A stretch of DNA of 64,000 nt, taken from Nannocystis bainbridge (GTDB lineage Bacteria; Myxococcota_A; Polyangia; Nannocystales; Nannocystaceae). Each line of letters begins with the position of its first letter. The stretch's first letter is position 1. Made by a program: the position numbers and the translations under genes. Below are positions 35,564 to 43,458 of this stretch, in pieces. Where the stretch lies: the NCBI RefSeq assembly GCF_028368995.1, contig NZ_JAQNDL010000003.1:288001-352000 (forward strand). The letters are read 5' to 3'. Below the pieces are notes generated by a model. It saw nothing but the letters and a program-made list of their open reading frames with translations, had not been told where the DNA came from and made no database searches.

Positions 35564-36109
35564 TCAGTGGACTTCTTCCTTGTCGATCTTGACCTCGATC
35601 CGGCGGCCCTCGGCGCTGTCCTGGATCTGCACGTCCACGTGGCCGTCGACCCCGTCGGCTTGCAGCTGCTCGAGGATCTCCTGCTTCGCCGCCTCGGGTG
35701 ACAGCTCGTGGCTGACCTCGATCACCGGCAGGTCGGCCGGGCCGCCGATCGCCGGGGCTGTCGTGATCGTCGCGTTCGCCAGCGCCGGGAAGTTCGCCTC
35801 GAGGTCTGCCGTCAGCGCCGCGCCTGGCGGCAGCGAGGTTGCGAACAGCTCGATCTCCAGCGACGAGCCCGCCTGATCGTCCCGCTGCAGGCGCACCGTC
35901 GTCGCGCCCGTCTCCACCGCCTTGCCCTCGAGGTGCTTGGCGATCGCCTGGGCCGTCGCGTGGTCGAGGTCGGCGTCCGCGATCTTCACGGTGATGCCGG
36001 GCATCTCGGCGAGCTCCGCCGCCCGGGCCTGGACCTCCGGGTCGGGTTGGCAGGCCATGGCTGCGAGCGAGGCGAGGACGAGGGCGAGCGAGGCGATGGT
36101 GGTGCGCAT
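35564..36109 (-). CDS. Lipoprotein similar to the extracytoplasmic domain of the anti-sigma at 28868
   Basis: GGAG RBS, lipobox AMAC; C-terminal EAAKQEILEQLQADGVDGHVDVQI..GRRIEVKI aligns with EAARAEILERLEARGLRGDAQVEI..GRREVTIRI. Confidence 0.75.
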   Translation of the reverse strand: MRTTIASLALVLASLAAMACQPDPEVQARAAELAEMPGITVKIADADLDHATAQAIAKHLEGKAVETGATTVRLQRDDQAGSSLEIELFATSLPPGAALTADLEANFPALANATITTAPAIGGPADLPVIEVSHELSPEAAKQEILEQLQADGVDGHVDVQIQDSAEGRRIEVKIDKEEVH

Positions 36110-36130
36110 GAAGTCTCCGTTGCCTCGCTC

Positions 36131-36155
36131 TACGGGCCGCGCAGAAAAAGGTGAC
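36131..36155 (-). promoter_or_regulatory. ECF sigma promoter candidate
   Basis: Minus strand GTCACCTTTTTCTGCGCGGCCCGTA, 20/25 identical to 28254-28278. Confidence 0.7.
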
Positions 36156-36283
36156 AGTCGCTCGCTCGCCGCCGGCCCGGGCGAGATCGCGCCGCGCATC
36201 GCCGCGGCCAATCATCACACCATCGAGCCCACCGCCGCTCGCTGGTCGCGTCGGCGCCGCGATCCATCTTGATCGCAAACCTC

Positions 36284-38500
36284 ATGGATCTCTCGAAGTT
36301 CGCGCGACGCTCCGGCCCGCTGGCGTTTGCGATGACGATCGCCGCCCAGGCCTGGACAGCCCACGCCGCCCCGGCGCCGACCCTCGCCGCGGCCGCCGAC
36401 GAGACCCTGCGGCTGCGCGGGCGGGTCCTCGATCGCCAGGGCCGTCCGCTCGCCGGCGTCACCGTCGAGGCGTTCGACTTCGCCGCGCCGGTGCAGCGGC
36501 CCGCCGTCGTCAGCGGGCCCGACGGGCGCTTCGCCGTGCCGGACCTGGCCCGGCGCTCGCTGCTGCTGCGGCTCAGCCACCACTCGCACTACGTCGAGTG
36601 GATCCCGCTCGATTTGCAGCGGCCGGCGCGGGTCACCACCGTCGACGCCGGCGCGCTCGTTTTGACCGCGCGCCGGTCCGGGCGCGTGCGGCTGATGTTC
36701 GTCGGCGACACCATGTTCGGGCGCCGCTTCGTCGACGCCGACGAGGACGGCGTCGAGGGCGAGGCCGGCGACCTGATCCGCCCCGACTCGCGCACCGCCG
36801 ACGCCGCGCGGGTGCTGCGATTCGTCGGCGACGTCCTGGCCTCCGCCGATTACACCGTCGCCAACCTCGAGTGCGTCGTCACCGATCGCCCGGACACGCC
36901 GCACCCCTACAAGCCGTACGTCCTGCACTCGCACCCCGACACGATGCGCGGTCTCGTGAATGTCGGCGTCGACGCCGTCAGCTCCGGCAACAATCACGTG
37001 TTCGATTTCCTGGCCGCCGGCGTCAGCGACACCCTCACCGCCCTCGCCGCCGCCGGGCTCGACGACACCGGCGCGGGCGCCAGCGAGAGCGCCGCCCTCG
37101 GCACCGCGATCGCGCGCACGCTGAACAAGGTCGACCTCGCGCTGCTGGGCCTCTCGCACATGCGCTTCGACGGCCCCGACCTCGCGGCCTACCGCCTCGT
37201 CGCCGCCGATCCGGCCAAGAGCGGGGCGCTCTACGCCTCGGCGGACAACCTCGGCCAATTCCTCGCCGACGCCGGTGAGGCGTTCGCGGTGCCGATGCTG
37301 CACGGCGGCGACGAGTACGCCCGCTATCCGACCGCCGACATGCGCGCGCTGTTCGTCGCCGCGATCGAGGGCGGCGCCGGCCTGGTCGTCGCTCACCACC
37401 CGCACGTGCTGCAGGGCGTCGGCGTGGTCGACGGGCCCGACGCGCCGCGGTTCGTGCTCATGTCGCTCGGCAATTTTTTGTTCGACCACACCCGCCACGA
37501 CACCGTCGACTCGGCGATCGCCGTGGTCGACGTCGAGGCGCGCGCCGACGGCGGCCACGACGTCGCGCGCGTCGAGCTGATCCCGCTGCGCCTCGACGGC
37601 TACGTGCCGCGGCTGCTCGCCGGCGCGGCGCTGGCCCGCGTCGGCCGCTCGCTCGGCCACCTCTCGACCAGCCTGCCCACCCATACTCGCGACGGTCTGC
37701 GCGGCGCCGTCGTGTTCCCCTCGCGCCACCGCGTGCTCGCGTTCGCCGACGCGAGCCACTACCGGGTCACCGACACCCGCGAGCCGGTCCACCTCGCCGT
37801 GCTCGGCCGCGACAGCGGCGCGGTGACGTTCGCCCGCCGCGGCCCGGCCGACAGCCTCGCGCGCGTCGACACCGAAGTGCCCGCCGACATCGTGCTCGGC
37901 CGCGACCTCCTCGATCACGGCGACTTCGAGGACCTCGACGTCGACGGCGAGGTCGGCGACGCCTTCGGCTGGGACCTGAGCCCTGCCGCGTTCGTCCAGG
38001 GCCGCACCGTGCGCCACGGCGTGCGCGCGGCGGTCCTGCGGCGCGCCGTCACCGACGCCGACACGACCTCCCTGGTGACCCGCCGCCGCGTCCCGATCGA
38101 CGGCGACAAGCCGATCACGATCCGCGGCTACCTGCGCGGCGAGGCGGCCGGGGCCGTGGTCGTGCGCGCCCGCTTCTTCGCCGACGACGCCCTGCTCGCC
38201 GAACAGGTGGTGTTCACGCAGAAGCCCGGCAGCTACGACTGGGCCCGCTTCTCCACCACCGTCAGCCCGCCGCCGGGCGCCCGCGGGATGCACCTGTCGT
38301 TTCGCCAGGATCGACCGGCGCGCGGCACCGGCGTGGCCTTCCTCGACGACGTGGCCGCGATCCAATGGGAGCGCACGGTCGCGGCCGGCGAGGCGATCCC
38401 GACCCCCAACGACTGGGACTTCGTCCGCTTCCGCGACGTCGCGCCGAACACCACCCGCCTCGACGCCGTGTTCACCCACCGCCGCTACGCCGCGAACTGA
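36284..38500 (+). CDS. CapA/PGA_cap metallophosphatase-family secreted protein with an N-terminal carboxypeptidase-regulatory-like domain and a C-terminal CBM-like domain
   Basis: Signal peptide; GRVLD..GRPLAGVTV; FVGDTMFGR, ANLE, GNNHVFD, HGGDEY, HHPHVLQG and SLGNFLF; GDFED jelly-roll. Confidence 0.85.
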   Translation: MDLSKFARRSGPLAFAMTIAAQAWTAHAAPAPTLAAAADETLRLRGRVLDRQGRPLAGVTVEAFDFAAPVQRPAVVSGPDGRFAVPDLARRSLLLRLSHHSHYVEWIPLDLQRPARVTTVDAGALVLTARRSGRVRLMFVGDTMFGRRFVDADEDGVEGEAGDLIRPDSRTADAARVLRFVGDVLASADYTVANLECVVTDRPDTPHPYKPYVLHSHPDTMRGLVNVGVDAVSSGNNHVFDFLAAGVSDTLTALAAAGLDDTGAGASESAALGTAIARTLNKVDLALLGLSHMRFDGPDLAAYRLVAADPAKSGALYASADNLGQFLADAGEAFAVPMLHGGDEYARYPTADMRALFVAAIEGGAGLVVAHHPHVLQGVGVVDGPDAPRFVLMSLGNFLFDHTRHDTVDSAIAVVDVEARADGGHDVARVELIPLRLDGYVPRLLAGAALARVGRSLGHLSTSLPTHTRDGLRGAVVFPSRHRVLAFADASHYRVTDTREPVHLAVLGRDSGAVTFARRGPADSLARVDTEVPADIVLGRDLLDHGDFEDLDVDGEVGDAFGWDLSPAAFVQGRTVRHGVRAAVLRRAVTDADTTSLVTRRRVPIDGDKPITIRGYLRGEAAGAVVVRARFFADDALLAEQVVFTQKPGSYDWARFSTTVSPPPGARGMHLSFRQDRPARGTGVAFLDDVAAIQWERTVAAGEAIPTPNDWDFVRFRDVAPNTTRLDAVFTHRRYAAN

Positions 38501-38533
38501 GGCGCCACGCCGCGGACCGAGGCGCAGCCGCGC

Positions 38534-39754
38534 TCACGTGCGCACGGTCGGGGCTGGGCCGTGCCAGGTCGGCGCTTCGCTGACGCGGAACACCTCGCGC
38601 AGCTCGCTCGCGCTCTGGAACCGGCGCGCCGGGTCCTTCTCGAGCGCGCGGAGGATCAGCGCCTCCCACTCGAGCGGGATGTCGGGGCGGAGCAGCCGCG
38701 GCGCCGGCACCGGATCCTGGCAGTGGGCCAGGCCGAGGGCGATCGGCGACGGCGCGCTGAACGGCGGCCGGCCGGTCAGCGCGTGGTAGAGCATCGCCCC
38801 GAGCGCGTAGATGTCGGTGCGGGCGTCGACCTGGCCGCCGCGGACCTGCTCCGGCGCCATGTACTCGGGCGTGCCGACGACCATGTTGGTCGCCGTCATC
38901 CCCGACTCGGCCAGCGGGCGGGCGATCCCGAAGTCGATGATCTTGACCTGGCGATCGCCCGCGAGCAGCACGTTGGCCGGTTTGAGATCGCGGTGGATCA
39001 CCCCGGCCGCGTGGGCCGCCGCCAGGCCGTCGCACAGCTGCTCCGCGATCGGCCGCAGCTGCGCGGCGGGCAGGGCCCCGATCCGCTTGAGCCGGGCCGC
39101 CAGGCTCTCGCCGGCCACGTACTCCATCGAAAGGAACAGCAGCCCGTTCTCCTCGCCGAGGTCGTGCAGACGCACGACGTTGGGGTGGGAGATCCGCCTG
39201 GCCGTGCTGGCCTCGCGGCGCAGGCGATCGGCGGCGCTGGGGTCGAGCAGGCCGAGGCCGGCGACCACCTTGAGCGCGACCTCCTCGCCGAGCTGTTCGT
39301 CGCGCGCGAGGTAGACCGCACCCATGCCGCCGGCGCCGAGCAGGCGCACGACGACGAAGCGATTGGCGACCCGCTGGCCAGGCCGGACCTGGCCGGCGAT
39401 CAGGCTCTCGGCCTCACCGGCCGCGGCCGAGACCGCCGCGCGCTGGGCCGGCGCGGGCCCGAGAGCGGCGATGCTCTGGGTCGCGACCGCCAGCCGCTGC
39501 AGCTTGGCGTTGAGCTCGAAGTCGACGTTGCAGACGATGGTCTCGAGCGACTGCACGCGCTGCTCGAGGATCTTTCGCTCCTCGACCAGCGCCTTGCGCT
39601 CTTCCATCAGAGCCTTGAGCTGGCCGGCGTCGCCGCCCTGGCCCGACTCGAGCTCCTTCATCCGCTGCTCGTGCTTGAAGCGGAGGTACTTCGGGCCGAG
39701 CAGCCCGAGGACCACGCTGATGAAGAAGAAGATCGGGACGAGGACCTCGGCCAT
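38534..39754 (-). CDS. Ser/Thr protein kinase with N-terminal TM helix and coiled coil
   Basis: GAGGMG, VALK, HRDLKPAN, DFG and GTPEYMAPE motifs; N-terminal hydrophobic helix and LEQRVQSLETIV. Confidence 0.93.
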   Translation of the reverse strand: MAEVLVPIFFFISVVLGLLGPKYLRFKHEQRMKELESGQGGDAGQLKALMEERKALVEERKILEQRVQSLETIVCNVDFELNAKLQRLAVATQSIAALGPAPAQRAAVSAAAGEAESLIAGQVRPGQRVANRFVVVRLLGAGGMGAVYLARDEQLGEEVALKVVAGLGLLDPSAADRLRREASTARRISHPNVVRLHDLGEENGLLFLSMEYVAGESLAARLKRIGALPAAQLRPIAEQLCDGLAAAHAAGVIHRDLKPANVLLAGDRQVKIIDFGIARPLAESGMTATNMVVGTPEYMAPEQVRGGQVDARTDIYALGAMLYHALTGRPPFSAPSPIALGLAHCQDPVPAPRLLRPDIPLEWEALILRALEKDPARRFQSASELREVFRVSEAPTWHGPAPTVRT

Positions 39755-39819
39755 ACGCTCTTCTTCTTACATCTCCGCTCCGGACAGCGGGCGAGCGGGC
39801 GGCGAATTGCCGCCGGGGC

Positions 39820-40056
39820 TCAGACCTTCTCGCCGCGGGCGCGGAGCTCCGCGACCACGATCTCGATGCCCCGCTTGTCGATCACGCGCAGGCCGTGGGC
39901 GCTGACCCGCAGGGTGACCCAGCGGTCCTCGCTCGGCACGAAGAAGCGCTTGCGGTGCAAGTTGGGGATGTTCCGCTTGTGCGTGCGGACGTGCGAATGC
40001 GACACATTCATGCCGCCCTGAGGGCGCTTCCCGGTGACCTGACAGACTTGCGACAT
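39820..40056 (-). CDS. rpmB: 50S ribosomal protein L28
   Basis: [48 protein letters not shown]. Confidence 0.97.
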   Translation of the reverse strand: MSQVCQVTGKRPQGGMNVSHSHVRTHKRNIPNLHRKRFFVPSEDRWVTLRVSAHGLRVIDKRGIEIVVAELRARGEKV

Positions 40057-40085
40057 AAAGCGGCCTTGTGCGTTGGAGGGGCGGG

Positions 40086-40115
40086 AAAGTAGCCGCGGGC
40101 TCCCGGGGGTGTCAA
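40086..40115 (-). promoter_or_regulatory. Sigma70-type promoter of rpmB
   Basis: Minus strand TTGACA-N18-TACTTT, 30 bp upstream of the ATG. Confidence 0.7.
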
Positions 40116-40484
40116 GGGAACTCCCGCCGCCCCGCCGCCCGCGATCGCGGCCCGGCCCTCGCCCCGGCCGCGGCGCCCTGGCCTGGACCCCTGGCGCAGC
40201 AGACGCTCGAATCTGCCGCTTTGGGCCGCTCCCGGGGCTTCCTGGGGCTCCCGGCGGCCTCGCCGCCCGTGCGCTAGCGCTCGCGCCACTGGCGCCTTGC
40301 TGCCGCTGGCCGCCGCCGAAACGAATGGCCCTGATTTAACGCCGACCGGCAGGCGGGCAGATCTTGCTGGATCGCGGCCGGCCGAACGGCCCTGCGCCGG
40401 GCGGACGCCTACAGCGCACGCGAGGCGCCGCGATCTCCCGCGAGCGCCGGCGTCGAGATCTGCGCGCGGACCGCCTGCACCGGT

Positions 40485-40564
40485 GGACATGTCCCACGGG
40501 ACATGTCTGAAAAACCACGTACGAAAGGGCACGTCCCGCAGGACATGCCCTTTCGTTCATGCGT
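40485..40564. repeat. 14-bp-period palindrome array (6 units)
   Basis: CATG/CACG cores at 40488, 40502, 40516, 40530, 40544 and 40558. Confidence 0.85.
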
Positions 40565-40585
40565 ACGAATGGACCGGGTCAGGGC

Positions 40586-41269
40586 TCAGGGCGCGGCGCC
40601 CTCGTCGATCCACTGCTCGACCAGCGCGATCTTGTCGGCGGCGAGCGGCGGGCCGCCCTTGGGCATCTGCGCCGGGTTGCCGTTGAACGGGCCGTCGCCG
40701 CTGGTGCCTTTGAGCTTGGCCAGGAAGTACGACGCGGCCGCGTCGCCGGGCGCGATCCGCTTGAAGCCGGCGGCCTGGGTCGAGTCGACGTCGACGATCG
40801 CCGTATAGGCGGAGGCGGCGTCGGAGAACGTCAGGCCGCCGCTGCCCTGGGTGTGACAGCCGCAGTTGCCGGCGATCGCGGCCGGGAACACGTCGGTCTC
40901 CCAGCTGAGGCCATCGCCGGTGGTGGTCGTCGTGGTCGTCTCCGGCTCCGTCGAGGTGCCGGGCTCGGTGGTGGTGGTCCCGGGCTCGGTGGTGGTGGTC
41001 CCGGGCTCCTCGGTGGTGGTGCCGGGCACGGTCGTCGAGTCCGTGTCCGTGGCGGTGGTGGTGGTCGTCGTCGTCGGCTCACCCGTGGTCGGCTCGTCGG
41101 TGGTCGACTCGGTCGCCGTGGACGTGCCGTCGGTCGTCGAGGCCGTATCGTCGGTCGTGGTCGTGCCGGGGGTGACGTTCGCGTCGGTGGCATTGCCGTC
41201 GTCACCACAAGCGACGAGCGGCAAGGTCAGCAAACTGAAAGTGAAAATCAATTGAAGCGAGTTCTTCAT
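40586..41269 (-). CDS. Thr-rich lipoprotein with C-terminal cytochrome c-like domain
   Basis: Lipobox LVAC, TTTTEPG repeats, SWETDVFP..NCGCH..PGDAAASY..QMP..WIDEGA. Confidence 0.72.
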   Translation of the reverse strand: MKNSLQLIFTFSLLTLPLVACGDDGNATDANVTPGTTTTDDTASTTDGTSTATESTTDEPTTGEPTTTTTTTATDTDSTTVPGTTTEEPGTTTTEPGTTTTEPGTSTEPETTTTTTTGDGLSWETDVFPAAIAGNCGCHTQGSGGLTFSDAASAYTAIVDVDSTQAAGFKRIAPGDAAASYFLAKLKGTSGDGPFNGNPAQMPKGGPPLAADKIALVEQWIDEGAAP

Positions 41270-41387
41270 CGCGGCGGGACACTATCACGAGTCTCCGCAG
41301 CCAGAAGCGCCGACCGCCGCGCTCGGGGTCGTCCCGAGCGCGGCGGTAGGCCACTTCATTTGCGACGTCTGAGGTCGCACGCACCCA

Positions 41388-41978
41388 TCAATCGTCGAGC
41401 GCGCCGGCGGTGATCCACGCCTCGATCTTGTCGAGGTCCGCGTCGCTCAGCGCGGCCGCGGGCGGCGGCGGCATGGCGGTACCGTTGCCGCCCACCTCGA
41501 CGTGCGTGTTCTTGATCTTGTGCCACAGGTAGCTGTCGTCGGGCTCCCCCGCCGCGACCAGCTGCATCGAGGCGAGCTCGATCGACTGCTGGCCGACGAG
41601 CTCGCCGTACGAGTCGCCGGGGGTGATCACGAACCAACCGGAGGCCGAGCCGCCGGCCACGTGACAGCCCGTGGTGCAGTTGGCGTCCCAGATCGGTTGG
41701 ATGTCGGTCTCGTAGCTGATCGCGACCGGGTTGGTGGTCGCCGTGTCGGTGTCTTCCGTGGTGCTCGTGCCGTCAGTGCCGTCGGTACCATCGGTGCCAT
41801 CGGTGGTGGTCGTCGGCTGGTTGGTGTTGTTGGTGGTCGCGTTGGTGCCGTCGGTGGTGGTGTCGTCGGTGTCCGAATCACCACCCCCGTTGTCGCCGCA
41901 CGCGGCAGCGGCGAAAATCATCACGGCAAACGAGGCCTGGCGGGCGCTCGAAATCCAGGGCATGGAAACACTGCTCAT
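41388..41978 (-). CDS. Thr-rich lipoprotein with C-terminal cytochrome c-like domain (paralog of 40586)
   Basis: Lipobox AAAC, SYETDIQPIW..NCTTGCH..GEPDDSYL..AMPP..WITAGA. Confidence 0.72.
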   Translation of the reverse strand: MSSVSMPWISSARQASFAVMIFAAAACGDNGGGDSDTDDTTTDGTNATTNNTNQPTTTTDGTDGTDGTDGTSTTEDTDTATTNPVAISYETDIQPIWDANCTTGCHVAGGSASGWFVITPGDSYGELVGQQSIELASMQLVAAGEPDDSYLWHKIKNTHVEVGGNGTAMPPPPAAALSDADLDKIEAWITAGALDD

Positions 41979-42145
41979 AGCGCAACAATCGATACCATTT
42001 CATCACTGGCGTGATCAAGCGTCCAATCGCGGATGGGGCGAGAAAGCCCCAGGGCGCTCCCCGAATCATCTTGCCTTCAAGACAGGCTCTTCGTGACAGG
42101 TGGCTGCGGAGAGCCCGCGAGTGGCCCGTGCTAACCTCGCAGTCC

Positions 42146-43099
42146 GTGAGCCTCCTGCGCGCATTGCCGGCGATCGGGCTCGCGCTCGCGCTCACGGGCT
42201 GCGGGGCGCCGCTCGCATACTCGCGCTTCGTCGCCGAGACGCCGTACAGCACGGCGCCGCTGCCCGCACGCGCCCACGTGTTCCTGATCGCGGGCGGCTC
42301 CGACGTCGCCAACTTCGCTGCCGAGGTCGCTGCACAGCGCGAGCTGCTGCGCACCCGCGGCGTGCAGGCCGACGAGATCGCGTGCTACTGGGCCCAGCCG
42401 ACGCGGGAGGCGTTCCGCCGCGACCGTGCGCAGTACCGTCGCCTCGCGGCCGCGCTCGTCGACTGTTACCCGGCCGCCACGGCGATCGTGCGCGAGCACC
42501 TGGCCCGCGCGGCCGCGAGCGAGCCGCCGTTCCTCTACGTCTACGTCAGCACCCACGGGCTGAGCTCGCTGCTGCCCCCGGATGTCCCGAAGGACCTGCT
42601 CGAAGCGCCAGATGCGGCGATGCTCGACCAGTACGCGCTGCAGCTGGCGGCCGGGCCGGGCCGCGGGTTCCACCCGGCGTTCCTGATGGCGGCCCGCCGC
42701 GCCGGCGCGCCGACCGACGACCTGGTGTTCTCGCCGGGCATGCTGGCCCGCGCGCTGCAGGCGTTGCCCGCTGCGACGCCGAAGGTGGTGGTGCTGCAGG
42801 CCTGCCACGCCGGCGGCTTCGCCCCCGCGCTCGCGCAGGTGCCGGGCCTGGTCGGCCTGGCCGCGGCCCGCCACGACCGCACCAGCTTCGGCTGCGACCC
42901 CGGCCCCGACATGACGATCTTCGGCGCGATCTACATCCGCCTGCTGGAGCGCCGCCTCGGCGAGCCCGCAGCCCTGCCCTCGCTCGACTGGCACGCGCTC
43001 TACAAGCAATTGCAGGCCGAGGTCACCCGCGCCGAGGCCGCCCAGGGCGCGACGCCGTCGCTGCCGGTGCTGCTCGAGAGCGCGGCGCCGGAGCCGTAG
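42146..43099 (+). CDS. Clan CD cysteine peptidase lipoprotein (C13/legumain-like)
   Basis: Lipobox LTGC; His-Gly (YVSTHG) and Cys (VVLQACHAGGF); AAARHDRTSFGC. Start uncertain. Confidence 0.75.
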   Translation: MSLLRALPAIGLALALTGCGAPLAYSRFVAETPYSTAPLPARAHVFLIAGGSDVANFAAEVAAQRELLRTRGVQADEIACYWAQPTREAFRRDRAQYRRLAAALVDCYPAATAIVREHLARAAASEPPFLYVYVSTHGLSSLLPPDVPKDLLEAPDAAMLDQYALQLAAGPGRGFHPAFLMAARRAGAPTDDLVFSPGMLARALQALPAATPKVVVLQACHAGGFAPALAQVPGLVGLAAARHDRTSFGCDPGPDMTIFGAIYIRLLERRLGEPAALPSLDWHALYKQLQAEVTRAEAAQGATPSLPVLLESAAPEP

Positions 43100-43108
43100 C
43101 GGCGCCGC

Positions 43109-43457
43109 GGACAGGTCCTCGAGGACATGTCCTTCGGGACATCTTCCTTAAAAAAACGGCGCTCGTCATGACAATGCCCGAAGGACATGTGCTTTCGGCC
43201 AGCCATGCGATCCGCCCGCGCGGCCCGCGGTCGCAGCATGGCCCGGAGGACATGCCCGATCGGTCAGCCTCGCGTGCCCCCGACGCTCGCCGCGCTCACG
43301 ACCCCAGCCGATGCGCCGCGAGCCGGCTGGGCGCCCGCGAATCGAGCGCCGCCGCGCGAGCCGGACGGACCTGTCCCGAAGGACATCCTCGCTCGCGCCG
43401 GTCAGCCACGCCGCTGCTATCGGACTGACCTGTCCCGAAGGACACCCTCGCTCGCGG
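43109..43457. repeat. Cluster of 14-bp-period dyads between convergent genes, including a ~35-bp direct repeat
   Basis: Cores at 43112/43126/43140, 43186/43200, 43237/43251/43265, 43370/43384 and 43429/43443; gacctgtcccgaaggaca-cctcgctcgcg occurs twice. Confidence 0.85.
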
Positions 43458-43458
43458 C

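Noticed and set aside
40485-40564. Phased palindrome arrays as CRISPR arrays
   Set aside because: The period is only 14 bp, there are no 25-40 bp unique spacers, and no cas genes are present.
40920-41170. Short tandem repeats (gtggtggtc-type)
   Set aside because: They encode the Thr-rich stalk (TTTTEPG) of a lipoprotein; the same applies to the other Thr-rich linkers.
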